DNA of 64,000 bases from a virus (taxonomy: Duplodnaviria; Caudoviricetes): positions 1-64,000 of the IMG/VR virus record IMGVR_UViG_2974731955_000001; one strand, given 5' to 3'. The stretch's first letter is position 1. The number at the start of each line of letters is the position of its first letter. The translations under genes and the position numbers were made by a program. A model generated the notes under the pieces. The model did no database searches and was not told the origin of the DNA. It saw nothing but the letters and a program-made list of their open reading frames with translations. Shown one piece after another: positions 39,807 to 48,893 of this stretch.

Positions 39807-39878
39807 TATCTGATAGCTTAATGGTCAAAGCCTTGGATTTTACCAAGAGATTGTGGGTTCGAGTCCCACTCAGATAAC
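39807..39878 (+). tRNA. Atypical tRNA with 6-nt anticodon loop (Lys-UUU-like or pseudo)
   Basis: TATCTGA/TCAGATA acceptor, GCTT/AAGC D stem, CTTGG-ATTTTA-CCAAG, GTGGG-TTCGAGT-CCCAC. Confidence 0.75.
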
Positions 39879-39911
39879 AACTTTTTATTAATCAATAATA
39901 ATTAAAAGCGT

Positions 39912-40280
39912 ATGGATGTAAAATACGAAAGTAAAAGACTAGTAATGTTTCGAAAGGAATGTATACTAGCAGGTCCTAGAGACTCTGTAGTAGGATTCTT
40001 TAGGTTTTTGAAGGAATTAGGGGCAGATGTAGCCAAAACAGTTAATTCTGAAAATCTAGTAACTTCAAGAGGAAAAATAGTTCTTCTTCTTAAAAATGAG
40101 GGGAAAAATAAATTATTTCCACAAGTAACTGTGTTAAATAGAACATGGTGGGATTTCTACCATAATCCTAGAAAACACAAAACTAAGATTAAAACATACA
40201 ATCTTCCAAAACAATGGAAACAAGTATGTGAAAGTATCTTAATCCTTGAAAATGTACCACTATTAATTCCTGAATCATGA
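39912..40280 (+). CDS. Hypothetical protein
   Basis: 122 aa ORF. Confidence 0.6.
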   Translation: MDVKYESKRLVMFRKECILAGPRDSVVGFFRFLKELGADVAKTVNSENLVTSRGKIVLLLKNEGKNKLFPQVTVLNRTWWDFYHNPRKHKTKIKTYNLPKQWKQVCESILILENVPLLIPES

Positions 40281-40453
40281 AACTTGAACATTGGATTTAT
40301 TTTGAAAAAGGAGAAAAAGCAAAACTCCAAGAAATAATGAATACTTACTCTGAAGAGTTTCAACAACTTGAGGCAATTCAGAAAGAATTTGAAGTTGATA
40401 TGCTAACAGCTTCTAGAGTAATCAATATATATAATAATAAAATAAGAAAGTAA
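40277..40453 (+). CDS. Hypothetical protein (58 aa)
   Basis: MKLEHWIYFE...; ATGA overlap, stop abuts next gene. Confidence 0.55.
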   Translation: MKLEHWIYFEKGEKAKLQEIMNTYSEEFQQLEAIQKEFEVDMLTASRVINIYNNKIRK

Positions 40454-40454
40454 C

Positions 40455-40946
40455 ATGAAGGCGGGAATTTATCTAGTTAAAGACAAATTTAGTGAAGCTA
40501 AGCATCTACTATCTTTAAATGGTAAAGAACCATTTATAAGAATAGAGAATTGCATTAGTTTATCTGAATTTGCATGTGGTAAACTTGAAAAGGATCATTG
40601 TGTAGTAAAAGAAATTCTAGAAAATCCAGAGAATTTCGAGTTCTCTCTATTATCAAATGAAGTTGAGAAAACATTAGAAATAAGAGAAGAACCAGAAGAA
40701 TTACCTACACTATCTGATGATGAATACATGAGAATTACTCAAGATGAGTTCATTCAACCTGATGGAGAACTTAGTCAAGTACTAGCGATAGCAGAAATTA
40801 ATGCTGTCTTTCATACAGACTGGGATAAATCTCGTGAGATCTTTACAAACATAGTATTACCTAGATATGAGGCAGAAAAATGGGAAAGACTTCAGTTAAA
40901 GAATCGCTCATCTTCAATCAGCGAGGCGACCTCTGTGATAAGCTAA
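40455..40946 (+). CDS. Hypothetical protein
   Basis: 163 aa ORF. Confidence 0.6.
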   Translation: MKAGIYLVKDKFSEAKHLLSLNGKEPFIRIENCISLSEFACGKLEKDHCVVKEILENPENFEFSLLSNEVEKTLEIREEPEELPTLSDDEYMRITQDEFIQPDGELSQVLAIAEINAVFHTDWDKSREIFTNIVLPRYEAEKWERLQLKNRSSSISEATSVIS

Positions 40947-41380
40947 AAACATTTTTACTACAGGAGTGTGATAAAGCATATATACCAACATGTACAGATC
41001 AAGGCTTTCGCTTTGATTGGAAAATTATAGGTCTAGAGTATGAAAAATACTTTGGATATCCACATTTAGGTAAAGATGGTACTATGTATCCTATAAAACC
41101 AAATGATATCTCTTTTGAAGTATGGCAGAAAGCTATACCCCAAGTAAGAGAATGGATTTGGTGGGTATCCTACAAATTATTTTATCCTACAAGAATAATA
41201 GGTCGTAGTAACGCTGCTGATAGAGTACTGTTAAGAATTTCAGTATCTCTACTTGACAAAATAGAGTTACCTAAATATTATATAGATAATATGTTTGATA
41301 ATCTAGTAGTATGTTATTACTCTAGAAAAAGAGCATATAATTCATATTTCTATAAAAGTATTTTAGGTATACCATTTTAG
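40880..41380 (+). CDS. Hypothetical protein
   Basis: 166 aa ORF ending IPF. Confidence 0.6.
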   Translation: MGKTSVKESLIFNQRGDLCDKLKTFLLQECDKAYIPTCTDQGFRFDWKIIGLEYEKYFGYPHLGKDGTMYPIKPNDISFEVWQKAIPQVREWIWWVSYKLFYPTRIIGRSNAADRVLLRISVSLLDKIELPKYYIDNMFDNLVVCYYSRKRAYNSYFYKSILGIPF

Positions 41381-41459
41381 TTTAGAAATAAGGAAGTGTA
41401 ATAAGATTTGCCTACTTTCAGACAAGATTGCTGTGTCGTCGCAGAGGGCGTTCTAAACA

Positions 41460-41491
41460 AAGTACTAGAGGTTCGACTCCTCTAGTACTTA
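41460..41491 (+). ncRNA. tRNA minihelix-like hairpin (12 bp + T-loop)
   Basis: AAGTACTAGAGG-TTCGACT-CCTCTAGTACTT-A, perfect pairing, 20 nt before the sigma gene. Confidence 0.65.
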
Positions 41492-41510
41492 CTAACCAAA
41501 CTGCTAGTTT

Positions 41511-42068
41511 ATGAATGATGAAAACTCATTAATAGACCAAGCGAAACGTGGTGATGAAAAGGCTTTTAATCAATTATATAATCGGTATTATAAATTGATA
41601 AGATATATTATTTTTGACATTGTTAAAGATGATAATCTTACTCAAGATTTATTGAGTAATACATTTATAAAAGCCTTCGGTAAACTCAATTCCTATGTAA
41701 ATCCTATAAGCTTCGAAGCGTGGCTCAAAACAATTGCAGTAAATACTACAATTGATTATATTAGAGCCTCGAAGGATTTACAAAAGAATTTCAGCATAGA
41801 TGATGAGAATAATAAGACTCAATTAGAAGAAACAGCTCCAGATCCCGAATCAGATATGATTAAAACAGAGAATGTAGAACTTCTTAGAGTTGCATTATCT
41901 CGCCTAAGATCTAAATATCGTAATTTACTCGAGATGCGATATTTTGAAGGTCTTAGTTACGATCAACTTAGCGTTAAGCTTGGTATTCCTATTGGTACTG
42001 TAAAGTCCGATTTGAACAAAGCAAAACATAAGTTGAGAGAAATATTTCAAAAACTTTCAAAAAATTAA
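41511..42068 (+). CDS. ECF-family RNA polymerase sigma factor
   Basis: GDEKAFNQLYNRY, DLLSNTFIKAF, FEAWLKTIAVNTTIDYIR (region 2); EGLSYDQLS..LGIPIGTVKSDLNKAK (region 4). Confidence 0.95.
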   Translation: MNDENSLIDQAKRGDEKAFNQLYNRYYKLIRYIIFDIVKDDNLTQDLLSNTFIKAFGKLNSYVNPISFEAWLKTIAVNTTIDYIRASKDLQKNFSIDDENNKTQLEETAPDPESDMIKTENVELLRVALSRLRSKYRNLLEMRYFEGLSYDQLSVKLGIPIGTVKSDLNKAKHKLREIFQKLSKN

Positions 42069-42074
42069 CAAAAC

Positions 42075-42464
42075 ATGACAACAACATCTTTCATCTGTAT
42101 GTTAGTTGCTTTGGTTTTACTAATTGTTGCAATTGGTAGAGTACAAGGCAGTCCAAAAGTAGCTGCGAATCTTTTGATCGCTTTAGCTTTTGGAGTTGTT
42201 GTAGGCTTAGGAATCAATAGTAAGAATGACATTCGTAAGTCATCTAAAAATGATACTAAGATTGAGAAGATCTCTAATGTAAACCAATTGCCCATACAGG
42301 CTATGCAGATTATTGGAGTGACACCAGTAATTACTGCAACAGTTGAGTCTGTAGGTAAGGCTCATAATTGGTTTATTAGAGATCAAGGAGACCTACAACA
42401 AAGTGTAAACCATCTCACCTATGTGAGTACTAGGGCCAGCCCTATATACGAGGATTCAAGTTAG
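42075..42464 (+). CDS. Membrane protein next to sigma gene
   Basis: Two N-terminal TM helices. Confidence 0.6.
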   Translation: MTTTSFICMLVALVLLIVAIGRVQGSPKVAANLLIALAFGVVVGLGINSKNDIRKSSKNDTKIEKISNVNQLPIQAMQIIGVTPVITATVESVGKAHNWFIRDQGDLQQSVNHLTYVSTRASPIYEDSS

Positions 42465-42554
42465 ATTACAAGAATTTATCGGGATCATCGTATGTATAAT
42501 TATTAGTTTAACAATTAAAACGCTGTAAAAAGGACAGTATAAAATCAATTTAAA

Positions 42555-43976
42555 ATGTCTAAAAATAAGAACAACAAAAACTCTCAGCAAGCAGTAGCTA
42601 CTGAGAAGGAAAAGGAGAATAAGAACGTGCAGACTACTGCACAAGTAAGTAACCCCACAAAGAAGGAGGACAAGCCAAAAGCTGATCCAAAACCTAAGAA
42701 AGATAAGGAACAGACGGCTACTCCACCACCTGCAGCAGATCCTTCAGTAATTGATGCTACTAAAACAGCAGAAGTTATTGATCCGGAACCAAAAAAGAAA
42801 TCCAATATCCCGAAGAAGATCGATCTTGCTAAGATTTCACTGACCACTAGTCAACGATTATCCGGTGATGGTTTTGCTCGTATGTTGGATGTAGCAGAGC
42901 GCTATATCTCTCGTATGAAAGCAGGTGAGCCAGCAACCATTAAGATGGAGCAGGCGTTCACTTATAATCTTGCTTGGGGCATCACAAAGATGTCAATTCA
43001 GGCTCGTGAGGAGAAGATTGAGTATGGTCTTAATGTACCGAATGATGATGTTATTGTAACTGATATCATTGATACATTCAATAGCCTTGGAGTGGCATTA
43101 GCTCCACATGTCTCTGAAGATGGCAAGCAAATGACGCTTGAGTTTCAGGAGATTAGTCCAGAAGCAGAGAAAGCAGCCAAAGAAGAGATCAAACAAGAGA
43201 AGACTCCGGTTGTTCCAGAGTTAGATCCTGACAAATGGAAGAGTGAAGACGATGCAAAGAAAGGATTATCTTATATTCTTGCAAAACAAGATCAGTCATT
43301 TCCAAATCGGTTTAATGAAACTTTATTAAAGGTTCGTACCTTTAAGAAAAATCAGGAGACAGATGAAGAAAAAAAGGCTGTATGGGACAAGATTGGTTTA
43401 GGTGCCCTATTCGAGAACGCAGTTCAACTATTAGGAAACCGCTCAACTGCTCTTGTTCGTGGATTATGTCAAGGATGTGTATCTGCCTTAATTACGGATC
43501 ACAATCCGATATTTGCTCATTCAACAGTTAAGTATAACTTACCAATGTTGTCTGAGGAAGAGGCCGCTGACTTGATTAAATCCTTTATTAAAGTACGTCA
43601 GGAAGATCCTAAACTTCCTATTGACGAGACTCCAGCTGTTAAGTTTGGTATTCTTGAGGCAACTCGTGAACAGTTCCTTAACATTCCAATGGATAACGAA
43701 ATGCCGTTAGCCGAAATGGGATTGAAGAAGGATGATCCAAAGTACAAACAGATTACTCTGGCTAAGAAGATTATGAATAAGTTCCTTGAAGCGTATGGAA
43801 ATGAAATCGGATATGATGATCCGAAATTCTATTTACATGCGACTAACAAGATGATCGAAATTCGTAATCTATATGTCGATAAAGATGCGGCATTTACACC
43901 GTATACTGAAAGTGAATATCCAAAAACTACTTCTACGGAAACTGCAGATCCTGAGAAGAAGAAAGAGGGTAAGTAA
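42555..43976 (+). CDS. Hypothetical 473-aa protein with disordered N-terminus
   Basis: Long ORF, Lys/Pro-rich N-terminus, helical core. Confidence 0.75.
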   Translation: MSKNKNNKNSQQAVATEKEKENKNVQTTAQVSNPTKKEDKPKADPKPKKDKEQTATPPPAADPSVIDATKTAEVIDPEPKKKSNIPKKIDLAKISLTTSQRLSGDGFARMLDVAERYISRMKAGEPATIKMEQAFTYNLAWGITKMSIQAREEKIEYGLNVPNDDVIVTDIIDTFNSLGVALAPHVSEDGKQMTLEFQEISPEAEKAAKEEIKQEKTPVVPELDPDKWKSEDDAKKGLSYILAKQDQSFPNRFNETLLKVRTFKKNQETDEEKKAVWDKIGLGALFENAVQLLGNRSTALVRGLCQGCVSALITDHNPIFAHSTVKYNLPMLSEEEAADLIKSFIKVRQEDPKLPIDETPAVKFGILEATREQFLNIPMDNEMPLAEMGLKKDDPKYKQITLAKKIMNKFLEAYGNEIGYDDPKFYLHATNKMIEIRNLYVDKDAAFTPYTESEYPKTTSTETADPEKKKEGK

Positions 43977-44002
43977 GTAATTATTATTAAACCATTATCA
44001 AA

Positions 44003-44404
44003 ATGAATACACATGGTAATCTACTTACGTATATCGCATTTGCTATTGTAGGTTTATTATTAGCTTACAATACGAACTTCTTTAAATTAGAGGAAGTTCG
44101 GGCAGACCCAGTAAAACCACTAGATTTGCCCGCATTACAGTTTAATCCTAAAGCTAATTTATCTTTAGAGATTGATCTAGACAAAGGTGTTTCCAACGTA
44201 AAAAGCGATATGCCGATTGCTAACGTTGATGTCACTGTCAATCACCCCACGAAACTCGTGGAAAAGGTAGTAAAGAAACCATCTAAGAAGGAGGTAATAT
44301 ATGAAACAAAAACTGAATATTTGGAGAAAGTAGTGATGTTTACTCTACCTACTCCTCACTTTCACGTACCAAGTATTCAGATCCCTAAAAGCGTAGAGAG
44401 ATGA
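44003..44404 (+). CDS. Membrane-anchored hypothetical protein
   Basis: N-terminal TM helix. Confidence 0.65.
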   Translation: MNTHGNLLTYIAFAIVGLLLAYNTNFFKLEEVRADPVKPLDLPALQFNPKANLSLEIDLDKGVSNVKSDMPIANVDVTVNHPTKLVEKVVKKPSKKEVIYETKTEYLEKVVMFTLPTPHFHVPSIQIPKSVER

Positions 44405-44496
44405 AAGCAAATAATAATACATTAGATAAATTAGCATTTGTAGGCTTAATTATCTTCTTTATAATGTGTTTATTTTTTGCATGGTGTATAACATAA
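44401..44496 (+). CDS. 31-aa single-TM peptide
   Basis: MKANNNTLDKLAFVGLIIFFIMCLFFAWCIT; ATGA overlap. Confidence 0.5.
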   Translation: MKANNNTLDKLAFVGLIIFFIMCLFFAWCIT

Positions 44497-46900
44497 CAGT
44501 TAAAGATAAAAGCTGTCAGGTCAAACGACTCCTTACCTGTAATAAGAAGAAGAAGAGTGATATTGTAGCTGTACACTTAAAAAGCAATAAGATAGCGCAT
44601 ATTATATTTGGATGAGTCTGATCAACAAATCGTATAATATGGACAAGAAAGACAGGATACGAGGATATGATAGTGCTAACACACGATTCAAAAGGTAGTA
44701 TGATAACTTATTAAGAGTATTTTTTCTTTTACTCAGAAAAATTAATAAGAAAATGGGTAAGTGTAGATATCAACCCATTCTATTTATATATTGAGAACCG
44801 CTTGGAGAATATATAAATTAGAGAAGACACTTATTAATACTTATCGATAAAGTAGAGAACTATTAATATAAACGATACCGGAGTATGCTTAAGCAGCTAC
44901 CAATAATATTTAGTGACAGTAAATATTATTATGTCTAGAGTAAAGACAGTAGTCAACTTCGTTAAGAGTCCGTGGAGGAAACCAATCCTGAAATCAAGAA
45001 GGGACTTTAAACAGCAACTGCAACTATCACAAAGGGTGATAGAATTACTCAACAAAGAACTGACTAAGTTCCAGGTAGTGTCCAAAGCTACCTTACTGAA
45101 TCCATTTTAATTAATTTGGATAGGTTAAATAAATTGCTATCTTAGTGTTCACTGCATCAGTTTTGAAACGCTTATATGAAAGAATATAGGGAAAATGTAG
45201 TTATGAAGGAGATTAGATATAATAGAGGGTGCTATAAGGTGCTACGAGTCTAAATAGAGTAGAATCAATTTCTACAACTTTTACTCTTGGAAGTAAAGGT
45301 TAATAGTAGGTATTACTAGTAAGATTCATATGGCTGAGAGGCTATGATCCATACATGGGAAAGTAGATAATCGAGACTATCTATGGATATTGTATGACAG
45401 ATTATCCGGATTAGGTGCCAAACCTATACTTTATAGAACTATTATATCAAACGTGATAGTGTTTTCTGCAATTGAGTTATATCACGATAAAATAATGGAA
45501 ACGCAGAGGTTTGAAGAAGTGAGCCAAATCATTAGTTCATATTATAGAATATATCTGGCAAGTATAGTATATAAGGAGAAACTTATATTTTATCTATAGT
45601 AAGTTTAATCCACTTAATACGAATCTTTACGTCAGTAACACAGCTGTTGGTTGATATCCATAAATTGTGCAAAGTTCAGTTAAAGCTTTCCTTAAAATAT
45701 ACAGCGAAAGTAGGGCTTCGTGAATAAGCCAATGGGCTAAATTCAAGTCTATGAAAGTAGAGCTACTGAATCTAACGATTCATCACTGGCCCGAGAGTTA
45801 ACGAGACTCTTAAATAAAAGCGTTATTAACATGTTTAACCAAAGTAGTGGCTACACCCACGAAATAGTAAATTATCGAGAAGTCCTCGCTGGTCTTATTA
45901 TAGTGAATGAGCTACTGTTGTTAAGTAGAGAGTAACTTAGGATGAATGCGACTCGATCAAGCCAACCGTTATAGCTAAAAGAAAACTATTAGAGTTATAT
46001 TACCGCAATGATATAATGTTCAATAGAAAGCGTTTCGCAGAAGCTTATAGACCTTTAGACCTGTCGTAAGCAAGAGTAAGCGGAAATAGGTGAAAGTCCT
46101 AGATATTCGTGCTTGTAAAACAAACAAATCCTCGTAAGGGTCACATGGGCAGTATACTGCATGTGAAAGAATAGAGTGGTAACCACTTCAGGGTGAAAAG
46201 ACTGAAAGAGTTAGGTTTAGTAACGTTTCCTTAAACGACCGTATGTGTGGAGCATTCGATAAAGTAATCCTATGTGGTTTATTATAACTATCAGTATACT
46301 TAGGCCAATCTAAGGTATACACACTTTCTAGTGTATTTGTTTTGATAAGATTATAATAGTTCGCTGAAGAAGCTCAGGAATTTATAAAACTAGTAGCATG
46401 TGCATATCCCTATCAATATACAGCGGTAGAAGATAGTAAATAACGTATTGATCTTGTGACTTATTAGTCAATGTCGTAAGATCTCATTAGTCTGATGTTG
46501 GGCAAACGTAGTGGACCATTTAGGCCATGACACGAACCTTCATTGACGAGTATGAAGAGTAAAGAAAGATTCTAAAGTAAGACTAGTTCCATAATCTGTG
46601 GTGATGAAAACACAGTATTTAAGAAGAGGAAGTATCTACTTAAATATGTCTCTATGGAGTGCTAGAGTAATAGCAATAGCAGAATTACAGAGTGAAATAG
46701 AATCCAATCTATCTCATCAAGTATAAAGAAATAATTTCAAGGAGTAAGCAATTGAATTTGCGTAGGCGATCGGATAACAGGCAACTGGGCAACAAACTCC
46801 CCTATAAGAGAAAACTCCAGTAAAGAAGTTCTTTTTATTTTTGAGTTTATTAATTTTTTAACAACATTTTAAAAGTTTCGTTGGTGGAATCAACCACGAA
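44497..46900 (+). ncRNA. Putative very large structured RNA or RNA cluster (about 2.4 kb)
   Basis: No credible ORF; dense succession of hairpins plus long-range helices (see findings). Confidence 0.6.
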
Positions 46901-46918
46901 ATCAAGGAGGAAACAATT

Positions 46919-47452
46919 ATGAATTATATTCGAGTAAATGCCGCCATTTGCGGTTCAGTATTAGGTAAAAAGATTCTAATCGTAGAACGGAATCCAGTAG
47001 ATCCAAATTATTCAGAGGATAAGAAAAACGGACGGTTGTGTCTCAGTCGCCCTATTTATCTTTATTCTATTAAGCCGATTGATGTATCTTCAGTCGAGCT
47101 TGTAACTACAGCAAATGGTGAGGAACGGATTGAGTTTAATCATGAGCCGACATTACGGCTAGATATTGCAAATGTTGAGGATATCAATAAAGTAATTCCC
47201 GTTCCATCGGCAGCCAGTGTACGTGCAGCTATTGAGAAGTACGAACGGTCTAAAGAAGATATTACTATCTTCGTCGATTACGAAAAATTATTACGGGAAG
47301 TAATTGCGCTAAATCTTGACGAGAAGAAGACTTATGCAGCATGGTTGTCTTATCAGATGAAGTTGTGCGGCACATTAGCCGAGGCAAACGAAGCTGAGAT
47401 TGCAGCTTGTAAAGCGAGTATGAAAGAGTTTGGAATTGAGATTAATCTTTAA
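46919..47452 (+). CDS. Hypothetical protein
   Basis: 177 aa; AAGGAGG upstream. Confidence 0.7.
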   Translation: MNYIRVNAAICGSVLGKKILIVERNPVDPNYSEDKKNGRLCLSRPIYLYSIKPIDVSSVELVTTANGEERIEFNHEPTLRLDIANVEDINKVIPVPSAASVRAAIEKYERSKEDITIFVDYEKLLREVIALNLDEKKTYAAWLSYQMKLCGTLAEANEAEIAACKASMKEFGIEINL

Positions 47453-47457
47453 TCGCA

Positions 47458-47988
47458 ATGGATGCCCTAAGTAAATGGGCATGGTTCGATCTTTGTTATA
47501 TGTTCTCTGATAGAGATTTTGTTAGTGATATGCTAGAAACAGATGAGAAAGTTCTAGCAAAACATGTTACGGTAAACAAAGATGGATCAGTGACTCTAAA
47601 AAAAACAAAATATTCTTGGATTAATAAATTATTCCGAGGTGAGATTGTACTCAGTCCAGAGACAATTTGTCTTCGACTGATTAGGAAAGTAACCGGTTAC
47701 GGTGGTGGTCGAAATGACGCTGCATACAATGATTTGTGTCAACGTTTTTCTGAATATTATAAAGACGGAAATTATAGTTTGGCTATTTCCGCAATATTTG
47801 TGGCTTATCGTTTTGTTCTAGCTCCAGATATAAAACAAATGCAAGAGAATAATCCCGTAGTTGAGAGAGGGGTTATTCGTAAAAATTCAAATGTTTTATT
47901 AAATGGAGTTATGGTAAAAGACGGTTCAGGTCAAGCTGTTGTAGTTGATTGGTCTGATCCCAATCAAATTCTATTTCGTCGTCCATAA
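47458..47988 (+). CDS. Hypothetical protein
   Basis: 176 aa ORF. Confidence 0.7.
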   Translation: MDALSKWAWFDLCYMFSDRDFVSDMLETDEKVLAKHVTVNKDGSVTLKKTKYSWINKLFRGEIVLSPETICLRLIRKVTGYGGGRNDAAYNDLCQRFSEYYKDGNYSLAISAIFVAYRFVLAPDIKQMQENNPVVERGVIRKNSNVLLNGVMVKDGSGQAVVVDWSDPNQILFRRP

Positions 47989-48268
47989 AAATCGACAATC
48001 CTAAGTAAGAATAATATTGACAGTAGATGAGTTTTGTTAATATTATATCTTACTCAAGATATTTACTAAAAGAGAGACAGATGAGTTACGTCTCTCTTTA
48101 AATATGGACGTGATAATGTATCTGTAATGGATACTAAGTAGATGGCTAGCTCCAAGAATAAGACGGAGATGCTATATCGAGGATAGACACGTCCTCACGG
48201 GTAGTTGATCAAATTCAAGTATAAATCGATTTAGACAAGATGAGTATTAATTTAAAATCAATTTGTAT

Positions 48269-48778
48269 ATGAAGACAAAATCAACGGAAATTAAAACAAA
48301 ATTAGAGAAGTTACACAAAGATATCTCTTGGCAGTGGAATATCATTCGTAGTGAGAACAAAGTTGAGAAAGGTTATAAACGTCGTTATGATATGAAATCC
48401 TTACTTGAGGATATCTTCAGTAAAGCAGAGGAGCGAATTCAGTGTAAACTAGATCAGCTCTGTATAAATATGGGATTTAAGTCTCGTGCGGACTTACCAA
48501 AAGACTGTATTTATCCTACTATCTTCAAGTTGTCTGAGGTAAATGAGCAATATGTTCAAATTGGTATTATTATCGATAAGGCAACAATTGATCCTTCTTA
48601 TAAGATGAAAAAAGGTAAGAAGAATCTAAAAGAAGAAGAGGAACTTACTCGTGACTTCTTAAATAAGATGAAGAATAATTTGCAATTGCAGATTATCGAT
48701 CTTAAAAAGAAACTGGCTGACTTCAATGATGCTGCGGAGTTAGATCTAGATAAGGCTTATATGTATTTAGCAGCATAA
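48269..48778 (+). CDS. Hypothetical helical protein
   Basis: Likely start MKTKS; ends YLAA. Confidence 0.7.
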   Translation: MKTKSTEIKTKLEKLHKDISWQWNIIRSENKVEKGYKRRYDMKSLLEDIFSKAEERIQCKLDQLCINMGFKSRADLPKDCIYPTIFKLSEVNEQYVQIGIIIDKATIDPSYKMKKGKKNLKEEEELTRDFLNKMKNNLQLQIIDLKKKLADFNDAAELDLDKAYMYLAA

Positions 48779-48784
48779 GGAATT

Positions 48785-48850
48785 GATCTATCGTCTCCAT
48801 TAAGTTGGATAAAAGATCTGGCAAGTCGGGTTCGAATCCCGGATAGATCT
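48785..48850 (+). ncRNA. tRNA-like element with remodelled core
   Basis: GATCTAT/ATAGATC 7-bp acceptor, TCGGG-TTCGAAT-CCCGG T-arm; no canonical D or anticodon arm. Confidence 0.65.
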
Positions 48851-48893
48851 CAAGTCTCGAATCTATTATTAACACTTTAAATTATCAAAATTT

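Noticed and set aside
44897-45599. ORFs 44913-45110, 44897-45085 and 45390-45599
   Set aside because: Short, mostly non-ATG starts, no leaders or motifs, and they overlap dense RNA stems.
46088-46260. Group II intron suggested by GGTGAAAGTCC and ACCGTATG
   Set aside because: No complete domain V hairpin, no GUGYG boundary with a split gene, no RT.
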